Part shown: positions 23,988-36,099 of the stretch, piece by piece
How positions within the stretch are numbered: position 1 is the first letter of the stretch
How the letters are laid out: the number at the start of each line of letters is the position of its first letter
DNA from: Felis catus
Lineage: Eukaryota
Assembly: GCF_018350175.1 (NCBI RefSeq)
Contig: NC_058368.1
Location: 235,726,001 to 235,790,000, forward strand
DNA: 64,000 nt
Direction of reading: 5' to 3'
Translations under genes and position numbers: made by a program
The notes under the pieces: generated by a model
Told to the model about the DNA's origin: nothing
What the model saw: only the letters and a program-made list of their open reading frames with translations
Database searches by the model: none

Positions 23988-25569
23988 AAAAAATCCCAGT
24001 GGAAAGGCATGGGAAAGGTTTAAGAAGCCGGTGACAAAGAAATGAAATGGGCAAATCCCGCACGCAGAGAGAAAGATGTTCCTTCCTTGATGTCCAGGAA
24101 GAGGCAGGACCGACAAAGAGAGCCATCCCCCACGCGGTGAGCTTTGACAGTTTGGACGTCGAAAACACCCGGACGTGGCAGGAAATGTCGAAACGTTCAT
24201 AGGCGGCTGGTGTGAATAGAAGCCATCACAGGCTTTCAGAGGATTATTTGCGCTTAGGTATCAGGTTCAAAATGCACACACGCTTTTGCCAGACTTTCCA
24301 GCTCAAGGCCCGTTCCTCAGAGATTCTCACACAGAGGACCCCACCTGTGTGTGATGTTTGGCAGCGGGATCTGTAGTTGGGGATAAAGGGAAGGAATCCA
24401 ATGCCCGTTCGAAGGACAAAGCAGAGCGAAGGGGGCCTCGGAAAACCTCCGATGAGGTACAGCCCAAGGAACCTTGGATTTTGGCGAAGATTCTTGGAGA
24501 AGAGCTGGGGCCACTGTCGTTCTCACTCTTGGTGACACTGCTTCTGGGATCTGTAGTGTGTATGTGCCCCCGAAGCTTTGGAAGAAACAATAACATCAGG
24601 CGAAATGATTGGCGGTGCCTTCCGCGTAGACGCCACCGGGGAAAAGGAAACACGGTTCCAGGATGCACCCACCGTTACTCTCGCTTCTCTAGTATCGGTT
24701 CGTCTCCGACCTTGAGAGCTGGATTAGACACTTGCAACATCTCCTTCTTTTTTTCTCCCTGCCCCATCACCTGGACTACTGTCCCGCAAGGGGCAGGAGT
24801 GACGGTCCTGGCAGGTTTCTTTCTCACGGCACCTCTTATTTCGGGGTGCGCTTCCTACCATCTCGGCGAGTGCACTCCACTCCCCCCTCTCTTATGTCTG
24901 AGCATCTGGACGGACACAGGCTTCCGCTCCTCTCAGGAGGTCAGTTGTGTCCGGCCCCAAGATCTCCCCCTCGACTGTCCTCAGAGCCCGAGAGCCCAGC
25001 CCCTGCTTCTCAGAAACAGGTGCCAGGAACGTCTCCTGCCAGGGGCTGGGCCCCAGAGACCCCGGTGACGTGAGGCTGGCAGCCAGGCACGAGCCAGGGT
25101 TGCGGAACACCGCCTCCTTGGCGCTCTGGCCTGGGTGGTGGGGGAAGAGTTTCCTCTCTCAGGATTAGCCAACAGACTGCTCCAGAGTCAGCTCTAGGAG
25201 GACAGGGTACGCGACAGGCCCAGAAGCCTGCCTTTCAAATGCAAACCGACCGGCCCAGAGCTCAGGTTAAGCGGAACCACGTCCTCTCTCGGACCTTCGC
25301 ACTCAGGCCACGGCCCACCAGCCCTAGTCACCCCAAGGCCACGTGCCAGTCTGGTACTTGAAGGAGGACAGCTCCCGTGCCCCAGAGCCAGCTGAAATGA
25401 TTCCAGCTCACCAGTCCTAAACCTCTTGCCCTTCCTGCCCCATTCCTTCCTGGAGCTCTGCCTTCCGGTTGTGGCCACTCACCCAGCCCCCCCCTAGTGT
25501 GTCTGCCACCACAACTACTGTTTTGGATGCTGTGCTTCCCCCATGGGCTGCAGCTCCACAGGGCAGTCT

Positions 25570-25791
25570 TTTGGAAAAAAAAACATTTTAAGTTTCTTTA
25601 TTTTCGACAGAGACAGAGTGAGAGCATGAGCTGGGGAGAGGCAGGGAGAGGGGGAGACACAGAATCCGAAGCAGGCTCCAGGCTCCGAGCCGTCAGCACG
25701 GAGCCCGACGCGCGGCTTGAACCCACGAACTGGGAGATCGTGACCTGGGCCGAAGTCGGACGCTTCACCGACTGAGCCACCCAGGAGCCCC
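25570..25791 (-). mobile_element. CAN-SINE (SINEC_Fc type)
   Basis: TSD tccacagggcagtc at 25555-25568 / 25793-25806. Confidence 0.96.
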
Positions 25792-26092
25792 ATCCACAGG
25801 GCAGTCCTGAAAATACCCGACTGGTCTGTGTGAGGGAGCCTAGAGGTGGCTGGTAACCCTGCTGAGGTCACGGGCCAGAGGCGGGGATGGGCAGGCGGGG
25901 CTGGGGCCGACCAGCAGGCACGGAGCATGGGCAGATGCTCCCAGGTTTCTCTCGACCCTCAATGCTGTCGGAGTAGGTGACACCTGCAGAAGAAAACGGG
26001 TGAGAGGCAAGTGGCCTCCTCCAGTAAAGTCAGCTGAGGTGACAGTTTTACTTTGACAGGTGAACGAGGCTGAAGGATGGGCGAGGTTGACC

Positions 26093-26126
26093 TGCAGTGT
26101 GCAGAGAGGTCCCCTAGGTGGCAGCA
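26093..26126 (+). promoter_or_regulatory. Candidate CTCF site (core plus upstream module)
   Basis: TGCAG (26093-26097), 13-nt spacer, then CCCCTAGGTGGCAGCA (26111-26126). Confidence 0.5.
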
Positions 26127-27755
26127 GAGCACCAATCGGCCAGGTGGACAGAAGCCACCCTTCCCCCCAGAGTGCGGGTCATGGTCATGGCAGGAGGGTC
26201 CCTGGAGCACCCCAGACACTTCCAGCTGGGCAGCCACTTGGGCACGGTCTCCTGAGGGGCTGGAACCCAAAGCCTCAGGGAAAAGGGGAAGCTCTTCCTG
26301 AGAAGGATTCCAGTCAAGGAAAGAAGCCCCTCAGGGAGCGTTGCAGATGCACGTTGGGCCAGAAGAGGGGACTTCACAGAGCCCATCTGGGAATGCCAGG
26401 AGGGAATGATGGAGGAGGAGACGTCAGCCATGGGATCGGGACATTCTGGTGGGGAGCGTGGGCTCCGTCAGAGACGAGCGAGGCTGGGGTCAGGTGCCGA
26501 GCCGGCGGCCAGATTGGGCTCTGGTTAGAGGCCAGGAGAGGTCAGAATGCCACCAAATTGCTCTGCCCTTCGCAGGGAGCTCGCATCCGCTGTGGTCATA
26601 TGTCCACGCGGGCACTGGGGAGGCCACTGCTCAGGCAACGTGACTCAGGAGAACCGTGGGTCTTGGACAACCTTGGGTTTGACTCCAACCATGATCGTGC
26701 TCTAGAGACGCGACTCCACCTTCAAAGGAGGCTTCACAATCTGAGCTGCTTGTTCCAGAAAAGGAAACTTCGTAGCTCTGTTAAACACATCACCCCCCGT
26801 ACGGTGACGTGTGTGCCTGATATCGCTCCTCTGAAGGGCGTGACGAAGGCCAGACTGGCTTTTGAAGAGAGAGAGAGAGCACGTTACTGCCGTTGAGTGC
26901 CAACGCAGTATGGCTTCGGGACACTTACTTTCTTAGTGCTATAGCTCGGGGAATCATGCTTAGCTTCCCGTGTTCGGCTCTGCACCCAGTTGCACGGGCT
27001 GCATCCTGCCTCAGTTCAGCCGTTGAGTCCCAGAACCCACGGCACTTGCCATCCCACCTCACCCGTACAATGGAGCCTATGTGTGATTCTTACGTTGAGT
27101 TAAACCGACTACAGAAATCGCTTACTTTTACTTTTCCGATAGCCACTGGGACAATTAATCCAAAATCGTACCACCGAGTTCTGCTTACCATTCCCAGCTT
27201 CGTGGGCAGCCACAGAACAGAGGGAATTGTTGGACGGGAGGGAGTGAAATGGCCACGGGGGGAGCCGGGCGAGGACGTTTCCCATGGAAGAGGGGCCAGT
27301 CGTGAAGCGGTGAGAACAGCGGGCACGGACAACAGGCTTTAGGCCTCAGCTCTCCCGTTCACGAGGGCTGGACACCTGTGCTTGTCACACCTCCACGGGT
27401 CAGGTTCCGCATTTGCAGAAGGCATATTCCGTGGAAATGCTGGAAAGTCCTGCCCCAGCTGGGACTGGGCTTCTCTCCTGGGATTTAGGTCTCACAGTAT
27501 CCTTCCCCCTCCTTAGATCGCAGCCCCTCCCCGCACCTGCAGTGACAGCAGGGAGACCCCACCACTCAGGTGGGAGAACCACACACAGGATCCGTGCATG
27601 GGACATTCACAGTTCTGCTCATGGGTGAGCCCATGGGCCGCTAGTTTTGGGAGAGTGCAAACAAGATTTGAGACTTAAGTGTGTCAAATTCCCTAACTTA
27701 CAAATGATTTCTGCGGGCCCCCTGTTAGCTTTTTATTGATTAAAAGATGTTTTCT

Positions 27756-27824
27756 TTTTTAAGAAAATTTTTTAATGTTTATTAATTTTTGACAGAGAGA
27801 GAGACAGAGCATGAGCAGGGGAGG

Positions 27825-27868
<44 letters not shown>

Positions 27869-27996
27869 ATCCGAAGCAGGTTCCAGGCTCCAAGCTGGCC
27901 GCACAGAGCCCGACATGGGGCTCGAACTCGCGGACCGTGAGATCGTGACCTGAGCCGAAGTCGGACGCTCAACCAACTGAGCCACCCAGGCGCCCC
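27756..27996 (-). mobile_element. CAN-SINE with (GA)n expansion
   Basis: TSD aagatgttttct / aagatgtttgct. Confidence 0.96.
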
Positions 27997-29314
27997 AAGA
28001 TGTTTGCTATTATAAACCCATTAATTCTGCCAAGACAAAAAATGTAGGCTGATGCCCATAAACACGCATAATTTAGGAAATGCAGTAGAACAATGACCTG
28101 AGACTTAGAAAAATGGAGCAGGTTGCACAATATCTCCTGTGGCTACGCGTTCAGGGAATCTAGCGCCCACACTGATCATGTCATACCAAGGTTTCTATAC
28201 TTGCGATAATCAGAACGCTGATTTAGATGTACTCTATAAACACCGCGGCTGCGGTAAGAGCTCCAGCACGATTTGCCTAGATGTTTCACCTCCCCAACAC
28301 GTCTGGGGTGACAGAAAAGGCGTTTCTCGCTGCCGTGCACCGAAGGGAGGCTTTACTTCACCATGCTGTGCAGGGAGAAGGCCTGCCTTCTGCCCGGAGG
28401 GGGACCCGTCCGCCCCCGAGGGCTGTGCGCTGTGCCAACATCCCGGACAAGCTGGTCTGGGACAAATGCACTCAGTGTCCTGCCCACAAGACGTGCAGAC
28501 ACCGGAGAGACCCACGGAGAACCGCCTCTCCACTCTCGCTGTATCCGCCAGGCCCGTCAGGGTCATTGGCACGTAGAAGCCCATTTGCTCAGGGCTTCTG
28601 AGTGTCTGAATAGATGCATGAGAGGCCACAGATGACAGAGATTCTTGGTGGCCGCGTGACAGGTAAGGAGACAAGCCTGGGGCCTCTTCTTCCCTTCTTC
28701 TGCCCACGAGGCCTGCTGAGCGTGCATTTGAGAGCCGCAATTGCGAGTCAGCTGTCCGGACATCTGGCCGGTTCTGTACACGGGGCCTTTACGAGTCTGG
28801 TGTGCAACACGTGGCGAGTGCCCATGTACGAATTCCAGGGTATTTTTAGCCCCAGCTGGTGGCATCGCCCCGGCCCCCAGCTGCCATCCCCCCCGTCCCC
28901 CGGGCAACACCAGCTGCTGAGGGCTTTGCCACTGGAGGCCCCGGTCACTTGACTTAATTAGCTGTCCCCCATAGTAAGAAACGCTGGCTTGGGCCCTCAG
29001 GAGAAGGAAGGGCTTGTGCCTGTGCTTTGGAAGGAAGGGAGAGTGTTTTAAGCACGTCGGGTCATCGACAAGGGCCCTTCCCTGCTTTAAGTAGCGATGG
29101 CTGAGAAGTGACTCCATTCCTGCGACTTTCCTGCAACCCCTACAGTAGCTATGCCCCCGAATGTCTTGGGAGCCGCCAGATTTGTACAGCTGTTACCCTA
29201 GCAACCTGTCTTTATACAGAGGAAGGCTTTGTCTCAGGGCCTGGGGAGGCTTCATGGGGTCGGGCCAGCTTGTGCATAAAGTGATAAATGCTGAGAGGTT
29301 TGTGCAATGTTTTA

Positions 29315-29422
29315 TTTTTATTAAAGCTTATTTATTAATTTTGACAGAGAGAGGGAGGGCACTTGGAGTAAGCACACAAGTGGGAGAGGGGCAGAGAGAG
29401 AGAGAAAGAGAGAGCAGAGGAG

Positions 29423-29461
<39 letters not shown>

Positions 29462-29589
29462 ACCCCAAGCAGGCTCCATACTGTCTGCCCAAAGCCTGAC
29501 ACAAGGGTGGGTCTCACAAATTGTGAGCTCGTGACCTGAGCCGAAATCGAGAGTCAGATGCTCAACCAACTGAGCCACCCGGGTGCCCC
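29315..29589 (-). mobile_element. CAN-SINE
   Basis: TSD ttgtgcaatgtttta / ttgtgcaacgcttta. Confidence 0.95.
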
Positions 29590-30051
29590 TTGTGCAACGC
29601 TTTAAGTGGCAAAGCCCACCTCTTCTCCATGCTCTCACGTTACGGGATGATACTCATTGCTAGGAGAGCCTCTCCAGAAGGTGACGAGGCTTCCGTGACT
29701 CTTTGAACTTAAAAAACACTCCCAAGGTGGGTTTTCGAGAAATTCTCCGCCGCTTTCTTCTGAAATCCCACACCACTCGTACACAGGAAGTTAGATGTTC
29801 ACGTACAGAGGATTAGACGTTAGTCCCTACTTCGATGCAGATAAAAATCGTCTGAAAGCAATTGCTTTACTGATCGCCCTCTGGCCCATTCTTGAATGTA
29901 GTTTGAACAAAATAAGAGTAAGAAACCTGGGTAGATGATTCCGACTGGATTCTCAAGAGCCTTAAGTTCACCGAAAACTTGTCACACGGGTTAGGACAGG
30001 AAGAGTGCACTGTATGCTTACAGAGAATACTAGCAAAGCCTTTTGCTACTT

Positions 30052-30366
30052 GTTTTTTGTTTTTTTTTTTTTTTTACTTATATCAAAGTCTTTTTTTCAT
30101 TTTATTTTTATTTTTTTTTTAAATTTACATCTGAATTTTTAGCGTATAGTGCAGCAATGATTTCAGGAGGAGATTCCTTAGCACCCCTGACCCATTTAGC
30201 CCATCCCCCCTCCCGCGACCCCTCCTGCAACCCTCCGTTTGTTCTCCATGTTTATGAGTCTCTTCTGTTTTGGCCCCCTCCCTGTTTTTATATGATTTTT
30301 GCTTCCCTTCCCTTGTGTTCACCTGTTTTGTCTCTTAAAGTCCTCATCTGAGTGCACTCATAGGAG
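30052..30366 (-). mobile_element. 5'-truncated felid L1 3' UTR with a double poly(A) tail
   Basis: 'aatttacat...tagtgcagcaatgatttcaggag...acccatttagcccatcccccc...tcttaaagtcctcatctgagtg'. TSD gccttttgctactt (30038-30051) / gccttctgctgctt (30367-30380). Confidence 0.88.
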
Positions 30367-31069
30367 GCCTTCTGCTGCTTCTAAGCGGTTTTAATACATG
30401 CACCCTTGATCATCCTGGCTAAAACGGCTCAGAATCGGGATTTAGACTGTTCTGGAAGGCTGTGCGTAGTGAAGTGCACGGCACGTACGTGGGGCAAAGG
30501 TGGAGGTCAGGCCACGCGACGCTGTTTTCATCTGCTCACTTACTTGGCATATCTTAAATTTTTCCTAGATGGCAGGCCGTGGGGGCACAGGGTGATATGG
30601 GCAGGTTGGTTCCTATTTGAGGGTAAAACTCAGGGCAGAGATTTACAAAAGTCATGGAAGTGATCACAACACAGGGCGATCCGTAAAGTCAAGGGGGACA
30701 GCAGATCCTAAGTTGGGTCCCATGGCCCAAGGTCACTTGTGCTCAAACTGAGATTCGGAGAATGAGTGGTACCTACCCAGGGTAAGAGGGCGAAGTCGGG
30801 CACGAGGGGAGGGTGGTGATGGGCACTGAGTCTCCCGTGTGCTCCTCATGTACTGAGCGATTATTAAAATATAAATGTGGGGATATTGTTGCTCTTGAGT
30901 TTAGGAGACAAACTTTCTCTGGCACTGGAAGTAAAAGATAATAGAAGGAAAGAAGAAAGATGTGCTTTGTACCTGCTGGTAATAATAAACGCCAAAGAAA
31001 TAATAATAAATGATAAATGATACATTCTGCATGAAGGTTTTCAAACTAAAACTAGTTTGAAAAAATATA

Positions 31070-31263
31070 TATTTTGAAATATATATATTGTTTTAGAGAT
31101 ATAGAGCACAAGCAGGGGAGAAGGGCAGAGACAGAGAGAGAGGGAGAGAGAATCCCAAGCAGGCTCGTGCACAGGCCAGAGTCCTAAGCGGGGCTCAATC
31201 CCACAACCCTGGGATCATGACCTGAGCCGAAATCAGACATTCAACCAAGCCACCCGGCGCCCC
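31070..31263 (-). mobile_element. CAN-SINE (degenerate)
   Basis: 'gagaatcccaagcaggctc...gatcatgacctgagccgaaatc...gccacccggcgcccc'. Confidence 0.92.
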
Positions 31264-31287
31264 TAGACCTTATTACTAAGTAGCATG

Positions 31288-31620
31288 CATTTTAGTCCCA
31301 TAGTGCTGCTAAGATAAATTAAGAAAACTCTAAGGTCTCCCTGGCTTCTAAACAATCGAGGTTATTTTTCATCCACTTATGTTTCGGCCAAGGATGCTGG
31401 GTTGGGAGACAGCGTCCTTGCTGCAGTGAATCAGGGAGCTGGGGTCCTGCTGTCGCGAGGGTTGACGATCTTCAGGTGTCAAGGGCTTCCAGGATCATCA
31501 TGGCCGGGGACTGCATGAGGCCCTTCAGGAGTCGCGCCCTCCCCATCAGTGGGGAGAGCACCTGACATCCGTCGTCCGGGACCCAGCCACAGTGACACGG
31601 CCACACGTCACCACCGGTGG
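31288..31620 (-). mobile_element. Old MaLR LTR (MLT1K/L-like) fragment
   Basis: 'tctccctggcttctaaacaatcgaggttattttt...gcagtgaatcaggga...gtgacacggccacac' layout. Confidence 0.4.
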
Positions 31621-31770
31621 TTGATATACCAGGTTGCCACCCGTGCTTTTCACTCAGGTCACAAGAATAGAGGCTTTCTCAAAACACAATAACACCATGC
31701 AAAATCAGCTAAAACAAAGTGATGTTGTACATATGTTCATAACAATTAGAAGAACTGTTCTCCAAATTTC

Positions 31771-31975
31771 TTTTTTTTTTTTTAATTTTTTAATTTATTT
31801 ACTTTTGAGACAGAGAGAGGCAGAGCGTGAGCAGGGGAGGGGCAGACCCAGAATCCGAAGCAGGCTCCAGGCTCTGAGCTGTCAGCACAGAGCCCGACGT
31901 GGGACTTGAACTCACGGACCGTGAGATCATGACCTGGGGTCGGACGCTTAACCGACTGAGCCACCCAGGTGCCCC
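31771..31975 (-). mobile_element. CAN-SINE (SINEC_Fc type)
   Basis: Full body; approximate TSD tctccaaatttc / tctctgagtttc. Confidence 0.96.
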
Positions 31976-32741
31976 TCTCTGAGTTTCATGAGCAAAGAAA
32001 CATGTCTACGAGCCAGTTAACTGCTTTTAGCTTGGATTCTGTTTTGACCACCAATCAGCCACCTGCCTGGAATCTGATTTGATGGCAAGTTCAGGCAGCC
32101 GTTAGGGAACCTAAGCAGTTTCACGTGTCTGTTATTTGGGCACAGTATTAAAGCCACACACTTTTCATTACACTTTTTTCGTGAAAAAAAAAAAAGTGTG
32201 AGGACTGATTTTCCAATATCCCTAAGAGGGTTTGTTTGCATGGGGAGAGCCAGATAGGCTGGTGCTTCTAACGACCTGTCCTTCGGCAGTGGGTCCGGAA
32301 GAACCACACTGGGGTGTCGAGGACGTCTCTGTACTGTTAGAAAGCCTGGAGGGCGGGTCCGAGGGCACGCACTCTGGACTCGCATGGATGGTCACCAGTT
32401 CAGAAGAAGCCCCTGGATGCATAAGGCTTGCTTTGAAGTGAAAGGTATGATGAAAAATACCCAAGAGGTGAGGGGAAGAGAAGTCTGGCTCTGGTGGAGT
32501 TCAATGGCGGAGGAATCAGACTTGCCCGCGGCTGTCCGCGGCTTGCTGAGTCGCAGGGCCTCCTGGGAGACCCTCATCTTTTCCCTGGAGCCTCTCACAA
32601 GTGCCCTCGTGCTCTTCAGAGGCCCCCGAAGCTTCCCGAAGCAACCCCCTGCCCCCGTCCTGGAACAGCGAAGCAGGACACCCCACTGTCTCCTGATCTC
32701 CTACCTTGATTCCCCTTCCTGTCCCGCCATAGACCCAAACC

Positions 32742-32779
32742 AACACACGCACACACTCACACACACACTCACACACACA
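32742..32779. repeat. Imperfect (CA)n microsatellite
   Basis: Directly visible. Confidence 0.9.
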
Positions 32780-33539
32780 GAAGTGACTTTCTAAACGGCA
32801 CAATGACATGCCATTGATCTAACTTTGAAACACGAGGCCATATCAGAGCTCGGTCAGCCCTCCTCTGTTGACACTGACGGACAAAATTGCCTCCTTTGTG
32901 CGGAAGGTCAAGGGCTCCCCCTACATACCCTGGCTCACCTTCCCCGTGAACCAGCCGCCATGACTTGAGCTAAACTCCGTGTTTATTTTCAGATCTGTAT
33001 TGTTTGCCGTTTCTCTTCCAGGCAGAATTCTAGGTGTTTCCCCATCTATGTCTCATTTAATTTTCAGAACAAACGCGTAAGACACACATTACGGATCTGA
33101 AGATGGGAACATCTAGATGTGAACAGATTTTAGCCCAAGGCCAAATGTTAATTTGCCAAAGAGGAAGCCACGAAACCCAAGAGGCTCCTCGAAACTTCTC
33201 CACGAAAACATTTGATTTTATTCTCTTTTTTTCTGAATTGAAGGTTGTTTCCTTTTAAGAAACTACAACAAAAGAATTCCTAGATAAGTCCTTCACAGAA
33301 ACCTTGAATTAATTAATCTGATGGCAGTGTCTTCCATTTGTACAGCAGTTTTAAATTTTAGGAGCAATTACACAAATCCTATTTCAGTCGACAGGATGGA
33401 AAACCTTCGAGGTCATTTACAAGCTGCCCTTTGAGATGCACCATTTCAAATCTGGGGGGACCCCAGCAATCCTGGTTCAATGGACCAGCATCAGCTCGGC
33501 CATTGTTTGTTCTTTGCGCATCAAGATGACCCTAACGCT

Positions 33540-34083
33540 TAAAATATTTTGACTGAAGTGTATCGTCCGTGGATGGCAGGTGTACAGGTTTGTGGCTTCA
33601 CTCTCGGGACCACCAGCCGTGTGGGGACAGAGCCCAGCACCACACGCTGGGGCCGCTCCGCCCCCCCAGCTCTGCACACCCCCCACCTCGTCTCTTCCTG
33701 CCTGTCGTGCGTGCACAGTGAATCTAAGCCCTGTGCCCTCTCCCATCTGCTTCTCTCACTCAAGCTTGGATGTGAGAAGTCCGTCCCAGTTGGTGATGGA
33801 GCAGAAGCCGATTCATTTCCGTTATTGTACGGGTCTCCTGCCTACGCACGCGCATTTCATCTAGTTTCCTCTTGGTTGGCGTTCGCAGCTCTCGAGGATA
33901 CCGCCGCTAGGGCGTTTCTTGCACACCCTTCTCTTGTGCAGGCGTGTGCGTTGCCGGTGAGGGTCCCGGGGGCCGGGGCGTGTGTGTGCTACCCCAGCAG
34001 GTGACGGCTAACAAGATCACCAGCGTCGTCCTGCTGGTTTATGCTCTGTCGGTGGTGAGGGGAGTCCTGGTTGCTCCACATCG
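33540..34083 (-). mobile_element. L1ME-like 3' end, strongly GC-shifted
   Basis: Landmarks appear in antisense L1ME order: 'ttttgactgaagtgta', 'tctgcttctctcactcaa', 'attcatttccgttattgta', 'gccgctagggcgtttcttgcaca', 'gagtcctggttgctccacatc'. Confidence 0.7.
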
Positions 34084-34302
34084 AAGCCACCACACCGTAT
34101 GGCCAAGCTTGTGTTTGTGGGTGCAGATAGACACACGTGCCTACGTGTTTGTGTGACACACAGCGTATGCTGGTGTCGACGGGATGTATACTGGCATTAT
34201 ACTTACTTCGTACAGCATATGCGCGTCATGCATTCTAGTTGATATGTATGTGTCTATGTGTGTGTGTTTATACGCGTATTGACTTACTTAATCAGTTTAT
34301 TT

Positions 34303-34406
34303 CTTTTAATATGACATTTATTGTCAAATTGGTTTCCATACAGCCCCCAGGGCTCCTCCCAACAGGTGCCCTCCTCCCTGCCTGTCACCCGCCCTCCCCT
34401 CCCTCC
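34303..34406 (-). mobile_element. Feline L1 (L1_Fc-like) extreme 3' end
   Basis: 'atttattgtcaaattggtttccata...cccaacaggtgccctcctc', also present at ~47035-47095. Confidence 0.9.
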
Positions 34407-34519
34407 ACGTATTTGTTTCAGATGTGATCGTGTACTGGTTACGTGTTTCAAAAAGAATCCATCTTTCAGAGATACTCTCTGAAATAGCTCCTTCAAATTA
34501 AAATGGGAATGAGACAGTC

Positions 34520-34632
34520 GATGGTGGTTGGCCATCGTCCCATAGCTGTTGAAGCTGGATAAGGGTACGCCGAAGTTCATTACACTAGTCTACCAACTTT
34601 CGTGTATTATGGAAATTCTCCATAATAACATA
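34520..34632 (+). mobile_element. L1MC/ME-like 3' terminal fragment
   Basis: 'gttgaagctggataagggtac...gttcattacacta...gaaattctccataataa'. Confidence 0.65.
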
Positions 34633-34639
34633 CACATTC

Positions 34640-34986
34640 ATATAAAGTAAGATCTGATGCACAGACTACTTTGTTACGCATATTATACACGTATATGTGT
34701 GTCTATATGTGTATAATACACATTATGTAGTAGTTTGAACACATTATACATTGTAGACAGTATATAATAGCTTATATATCATATATGGTGGTATTATATA
34801 TACTATATACACATCACACACATATATATACCCTTTATATTATCTCTGTTGACTGTTATCCTGAAAATAAATTTCTCAATTTATCTACACTTAGATCTAG
34901 ATCCGCATCTGTATACTCCTATCCATATTCATATCTACATATATCTTCGATTGGTTCTGTCTCTCTGGAGGACCCTAGCTAGTATA
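34640..34986 (+). repeat. TA/CA low-complexity tract ending in an MLT2-like LTR 3' end
   Basis: (TA)/(CATA)-rich, ending 'attggttctgtctctctggaggaccctagctagtata'. Confidence 0.6.
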
Positions 34987-36099
34987 ACTAACATGACCGA
35001 GTCACTAGTTGCATGTGTGTTTGTCTGAGGGCAACGCAAAGCTTTGAGCCAAAGCAATAAATGTCTAATTGTGGAAACAGAGGCGTTGTTTGGAAGTCCG
35101 CAGCACGCGGGTTTGCCTTCTGTTCTGAAGTCATCCTTCCCAGGAAGGGGCCTCTTCTGCTTCCTGTGGATGGATGTCTGCGAATGCCGCTGCCTAATGA
35201 TGGTTCCGGCTGCGTACCAGAAAGATCTGGGTCGGCATCGCCCGCTCCTGGCATGGAAGCTGACAGGGATGGAGAATATTTCAGAATACTCTATTCTGAA
35301 ATCAAAACGCCTCGCTCCAGAGAGCGATTGTAGCCTGGTCGGAGAGGGACTCAGCCTCTGTCCTTGGTGCCCTTTTACTGCTGGACTGGCCCTGGATTGC
35401 AGTCCCTGCCTTCCAGATATTCTTCTGGCTCGCGTACGCGTCCTCTCTCAGTATCACACCCCTCCCCTGATCCTAAGACCCAGTGGCTTTCAGGGCAGGC
35501 CCTTCTCCCACCTGCATCCACGTCTTCGGGCCCTCCCTGTGGGGCCCCGGCCACGTGGGAATGCGAATCAGTGACTCTGTCCTCAGATCTGCACATGAAA
35601 TATCGGTATTCAGCTCCAAGGCTCTTGAGGTCTTGTAGAGGCACAGGTAACCAATGAGGAAAGGTCATGAGCTGCTGGGCACCAGCGGGCAGGGGAAGAC
35701 ACGGGGGCTGTGAGGAACGGCGATGGAGGGTCAGGTGACCCTCCATTAGCTGCTTAAGGGCAGAGGTGGGACAAGGGGCCAGAGGGCCCCGGCGATGAGG
35801 CAAATGCAGGGAACAGGGGTCCTGCCTCGGGAAGGGTGTCCCCTGTGCTTCCGAGGTAAATTAAACCCGAGGCAGTTTTAAATGTCCTACGCAAACCCCA
35901 TCTTCCGATAGGTTTTATTGTTTAAGAATCTCTTTTTCAGAAACACGGGTGAGGCACCAACCATACTCCCAGCATCATGCCTGAGGTCGGACAATGTCCT
36001 GTGCATTCTTCAGCTGTGTGTACGTGTAACAAATTGTAGCCGAATTTCGAAGGCCTGTGCTATGCTTTGAAGATGGCAGAAGCGATCGGCTACGTAGGG

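Larger units (their letters stand above)
22880..24335 (+). mobile_element. Highly degenerate L1ME-like ORF2/3' fragments hosting a younger L1 and a SINE
   Basis: 'aaacaaattacagatggtttaagggtctaaat', 'gaaatgaaatgggcaaat...gaaagatgttc' and 'aaaatgcacacacgcttttgccagac'. Confidence 0.55.

Noticed and set aside
26060..26896. Longest ORF (278 aa), and similar ORFs at 6173-6832, 20353-21000 and 24358-25068
   Set aside because: No recognisable domain; G/R/P/S-rich composition and overlapping open frames on both strands are expected in GC-rich DNA. One of them runs through an LTR relic.
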